From positions 1 to 64,000 of the IMG/VR virus record IMGVR_UViG_3300032295_002791: DNA of 64,000 bases. One strand, written 5' to 3'. A program made the translations under genes and the position numbers. The stretch is from a virus (lineage: Duplodnaviria; Caudoviricetes). Numbering within the stretch: the first letter of the stretch is position 1; each line of letters begins with the position of its first letter. The notes beneath the pieces were generated by a model. It did no database searches. It had not been told where the DNA came from and saw only the letters and a program-made list of their open reading frames with translations. Positions 61,042-64,000 of the stretch are shown one piece after another.

Positions 61042-62473
61042 AGATTCTGTACCTTTAGAGTATCAGATATTTGCTCTCTCCATTAGGGAAGAGGGTGCTA
61101 TTTCGTATTTCTATGACAATCTTCCAGAAGAAATTGTTGGAACTATTCATGGAGAAAAAGGAATCAATGAATTTTATGTTGCCCTTTTATCTTTTTACAA
61201 GGCAACTAACTTAAAAGTCGTTGACCCAATAGCCTTTAAGTCTTGGCTGCAAAGTGATTCAGATATTTATGAAGCCTTAGGTGGCAACGCTGGCGTCACA
61301 ATAATGTTGGACATACTAAATACTTTAGATCTATCTAGTCCAGACGCTATAGCGGAATTGGTTAAGCATAAGGCAAACAAAAGAAAACAGATTAATTATC
61401 TGCAAGAACTTCAAAACATTCTCACGCAAAAAGGCCTTAAAACAGAAGAGGATATTGCGCGTGTTCAGACTCTTACTTCTGAGATTAGAGAACTTGAAAA
61501 TCAAATTAAGTATAATCCCTTAGATAAAGTAACAACTGGACTTCAAATTATAGAAAGAGTTGATTCACTTCTAGACATTCCTAACTTCCTACCAACACAA
61601 TTCAAGGCCCTCAATAGGGCTATGGGTTACACTAATAGCGGTGGTTTCTTTAGGGGCGCAGTGCATGCTATCATCGCAGCTTCAGGCAAGGGAAAGAGCA
61701 CCTTTGCTAAGTGCCTAGCAAACAACTGGCTGGATAACGGTTATAGAGTTCTCTATGTAAACTTTGAAGAGGCAATTGGTCACTGGGAAAGAATTCTTAT
61801 GACCCAGATAATTGAAAAGAATGTATACTCAGAGTCCTCAAAGTGGTCTGAAGAAGAAAAGTCTAAATACCTAGAAATATTTAAAGCAAAACTATCTAGC
61901 TGGGGAGATAGATTGATGGTTAGACATGACCCAGACACTCCATATTTTGAAGACTTAGAGTTTTGGTTGAGAGACATAATAGGTCAGAATTCTATGATGC
62001 CAGATGTTGTGATTATAGATACGATACAATCAATGTTTACCAGAGGCAAGGGTAAGCCAAGATGGGGTGAGTTTGAAGAAATGATGGTTCGTTTAGAGAA
62101 GCTTGCTAGAGATATGAACTGTGCCTTAATTATTACAGCACAAGAAAACGCAAACCGAATGAAGGAAAAGCGTGAGGTGGTTCAGCAGTCAGATACTGGT
62201 GGATCATTAACTATTCAGCAGAAGTGTGCAGTAACTATATTCTTAACGGAAAAAAGACTAGCAACTGATGATGATACAGAAGATGAAAACATCATGCAAT
62301 TACAGATACCAAAGAATAGAATTACTGGTTCGTCATTCTTGTATGATCCACCGCTAGTAAAGTATATTGATTATAAAAAAACATATGAAGAATATGAGCC
62401 AGTAACTGATGACTCCTATACTTCATCCGACTCACTGCTAGACGAACTGTTAAGCGGTAAGGATTTTCACTAA
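61010..62473 (+). CDS. DnaB-like replicative helicase
   Basis: Walker A AASGKGKST, YVNFEE, Walker B VVIIDT, ITAQEN, KNR. Confidence 0.85.
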   Translation: MTVETTNEINKDSVPLEYQIFALSIREEGAISYFYDNLPEEIVGTIHGEKGINEFYVALLSFYKATNLKVVDPIAFKSWLQSDSDIYEALGGNAGVTIMLDILNTLDLSSPDAIAELVKHKANKRKQINYLQELQNILTQKGLKTEEDIARVQTLTSEIRELENQIKYNPLDKVTTGLQIIERVDSLLDIPNFLPTQFKALNRAMGYTNSGGFFRGAVHAIIAASGKGKSTFAKCLANNWLDNGYRVLYVNFEEAIGHWERILMTQIIEKNVYSESSKWSEEEKSKYLEIFKAKLSSWGDRLMVRHDPDTPYFEDLEFWLRDIIGQNSMMPDVVIIDTIQSMFTRGKGKPRWGEFEEMMVRLEKLARDMNCALIITAQENANRMKEKREVVQQSDTGGSLTIQQKCAVTIFLTEKRLATDDDTEDENIMQLQIPKNRITGSSFLYDPPLVKYIDYKKTYEEYEPVTDDSYTSSDSLLDELLSGKDFH

Positions 62474-63261
62474 TGACAAATATTACAGTAAATGGCCTAA
62501 AAGATTTTCAGATATGCGAAAGACTATATGACTATAGGCATGTCGAAAAGATGCCAGAAAAGATATACTCAAGAGATATCTATACGGATAAATTTGAAAA
62601 CACTATAAAGAATATTATTTATTTCTTTTTCTTTAAAAAACAATCTGGAATTGTACCCTCTTACTCGGCACTGCTGAATAGATGGGAGAAGATGTGGTTC
62701 CCAAAAGACACAACTTCATATGACATTGTTACAGAGCAACATGAAACTGTGTACGGAAATATAGCCAGCCTTACATCAAAAGCAGCAGCGTCTCTACTAA
62801 TGTTCTACGAAACTTATAGCGACTCAGCTTATATCCCAATAGCTATTGCTGAAGATTTCTTAGTGCCAGGAAAAAATGGTCAGAATATATCTGATACTTT
62901 TGATGTTATCTTGTATAAGGATAAAACTTTTCATGTTATCAAGCTAATGTTTAACTATAAACAAAGCAATAGAGATCAATACAAGATTGATTTTGCCACC
63001 CTATATAAGGGGTTTGAAACGAGACACCCAGAAAGAATGTCTGAAGCAAAGTTTGGAATGATAGATATGATGAGTCAGAACTTAAACTTTTCTGAATTTC
63101 TTGTATCAGATTCTGATATTAATAACTTAGAATTGTGGTATGACAAGCTACATGGTACTGAAATATTTGCCCCAAAAAGAGGGCTGATACCCTATTGTAA
63201 AAAATGTCCTTTTGACGACCCATGCTCAAAATGGACCGGATGGAAAAAGGATAATCAATAA
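62473..63261 (+). CDS. Cas4/RecB-like PD-(D/E)XK-fold protein, possibly inactive
   Basis: N-terminal FQICER plus C-terminal CKKCPFDDPC (4 Cys). DTFDVIL is present but the D/E-x-K motif reads IKLM. Confidence 0.65.
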   Translation: MTNITVNGLKDFQICERLYDYRHVEKMPEKIYSRDIYTDKFENTIKNIIYFFFFKKQSGIVPSYSALLNRWEKMWFPKDTTSYDIVTEQHETVYGNIASLTSKAAASLLMFYETYSDSAYIPIAIAEDFLVPGKNGQNISDTFDVILYKDKTFHVIKLMFNYKQSNRDQYKIDFATLYKGFETRHPERMSEAKFGMIDMMSQNLNFSEFLVSDSDINNLELWYDKLHGTEIFAPKRGLIPYCKKCPFDDPCSKWTGWKKDNQ

Positions 63262-63950
63262 TGAGTAAATCAATACTAGATGATATTTTAGTAAATCAAA
63301 AAGAAGATAGTCCACTATCATCTGAAGATGAGATGTTAGCTCCTCTTTTAGACGAAATTAATTTAATCAATGATGAAAGTGTAAAATCTTTTGTTAGATC
63401 TATTTTAATAAAAGCCGATTTCTTTTGGAAAATACCATCAAGCTTTAGTGGAAAATATCACCCAGCAGATGAGCATGGCGAGGGTGGTAATGCTCTACAT
63501 ACAAAGAGAGTAGTAAGAATAGCAAATGTGCTTTGTGAATCATATAATCTTTCTCTTGAAGAAAGAGACATAGTTATATCAGCAAGCCTGCTACATGACG
63601 TCTGTAAGGGTATAAAAAATAAAGATACAGATACATTTGAGTATGATCCTATGCATCCATATACTGTTGGAAAGTTTGTTTCAAACTGCCAGAAAAGCGA
63701 CAAGCAGTTTGCTTCAGAACTAGAGTCTTCTACATTGTATCTGTCTGAAGATATTGTTCAATCAATATTGAGATTAGTTAGATGTCACCTAGGTCCGTGG
63801 TCGCCAGTTCCTGAGACGTATCCAATAACGTATCTAGATTATATTGTTCATATTGCGGACAACGTTGCCTCTAAGATACATAGTATAATAGAGGATAGCG
63901 ATTTGATAAATCCAGTATGGAGAAAAGATGGAACCGGAACAAAGAATTAA
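63261..63950 (+). CDS. HD-domain phosphohydrolase
   Basis: SGKYHP, LHTKRV, LLHDVCK, HLGPW, VHIAD. Confidence 0.85.
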   Translation: MSKSILDDILVNQKEDSPLSSEDEMLAPLLDEINLINDESVKSFVRSILIKADFFWKIPSSFSGKYHPADEHGEGGNALHTKRVVRIANVLCESYNLSLEERDIVISASLLHDVCKGIKNKDTDTFEYDPMHPYTVGKFVSNCQKSDKQFASELESSTLYLSEDIVQSILRLVRCHLGPWSPVPETYPITYLDYIVHIADNVASKIHSIIEDSDLINPVWRKDGTGTKN

Positions 63951-64000
63951 AAGAAGAAACCATCTTCTAAATCATTTAGAGTATCTTATATCAGAGTCTG
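63928..64000 (+). CDS. Start of the next ORF (3' truncated)
   Basis: ATG at 63928 after GGAG; MEPEQRIKRRNHLLNHLEYLISES is open to the window end. Confidence 0.5.
   Translation, partial: MEPEQRIKRRNHLLNHLEYLISES

Noticed and set aside
453-63703. All minus-strand ORFs and short alternative-frame plus-strand ORFs in the track
   Set aside because: They lie within or overlap long + strand genes and show no recognisable motifs. They are antisense or shadow frames.
1-64000. CRISPR array, tRNA/rRNA, integrase/IS, intron or intein
   Set aside because: Intergenic gaps are short and show no repeat-spacer or cloverleaf pattern. NrdJ and the helicase are normal length with no intein motifs. The Cas4-like gene is solo.
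1-64000. Stop-codon reassignment
   Set aside because: Multi-kilobase ORFs are intact in code 11, and TAA, TAG and TGA all end genes. The two breaks are frame changes, not in-frame stops.

Overview
The window is a densely coding, single-strand (+), AT-rich segment (roughly one-third G+C by eye) of a large tailed dsDNA phage, probably a jumbo myovirus. Bases 1-51.4 kb form the tail and baseplate module. It holds three tail-tube paralogues, two tandem chaperone paralogues, a 2208-aa tape-measure candidate, a 1587-aa protein with degenerate two-barrel RNA-polymerase-like motifs, a 3515-aa hub megaprotein ending in a thermonuclease domain, a peptidase/transglycosylase lysin, spike, gp25-like and baseplate J genes, an inserted metallophosphoesterase, and several large unannotatable virion proteins. 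Bases 51.4-64 kb carry nucleotide metabolism (NrdJ, ThyX, dCMP deaminase, NDT-like), a glycosyltransferase/2OG-oxygenase cluster and replication genes (DnaB-like helicase, Cas4/RecB-like, HD). The main leads are: (1) a possible permuted virion RNA polymerase coupled to the tape measure gene; (2) a baseplate protein with about 20 dispersed [A/S]-T-P motifs, possibly modification sites for the phage glycosyltransferases; (3) two structural genes broken by +1 frameshifts at the same xxG-CGG-A context; (4) a small stand-alone domain that is also fused to the phosphoesterase. All functional calls come from motif recognition by eye; no searches were run. An actinobacterial host is inferred but not shown.
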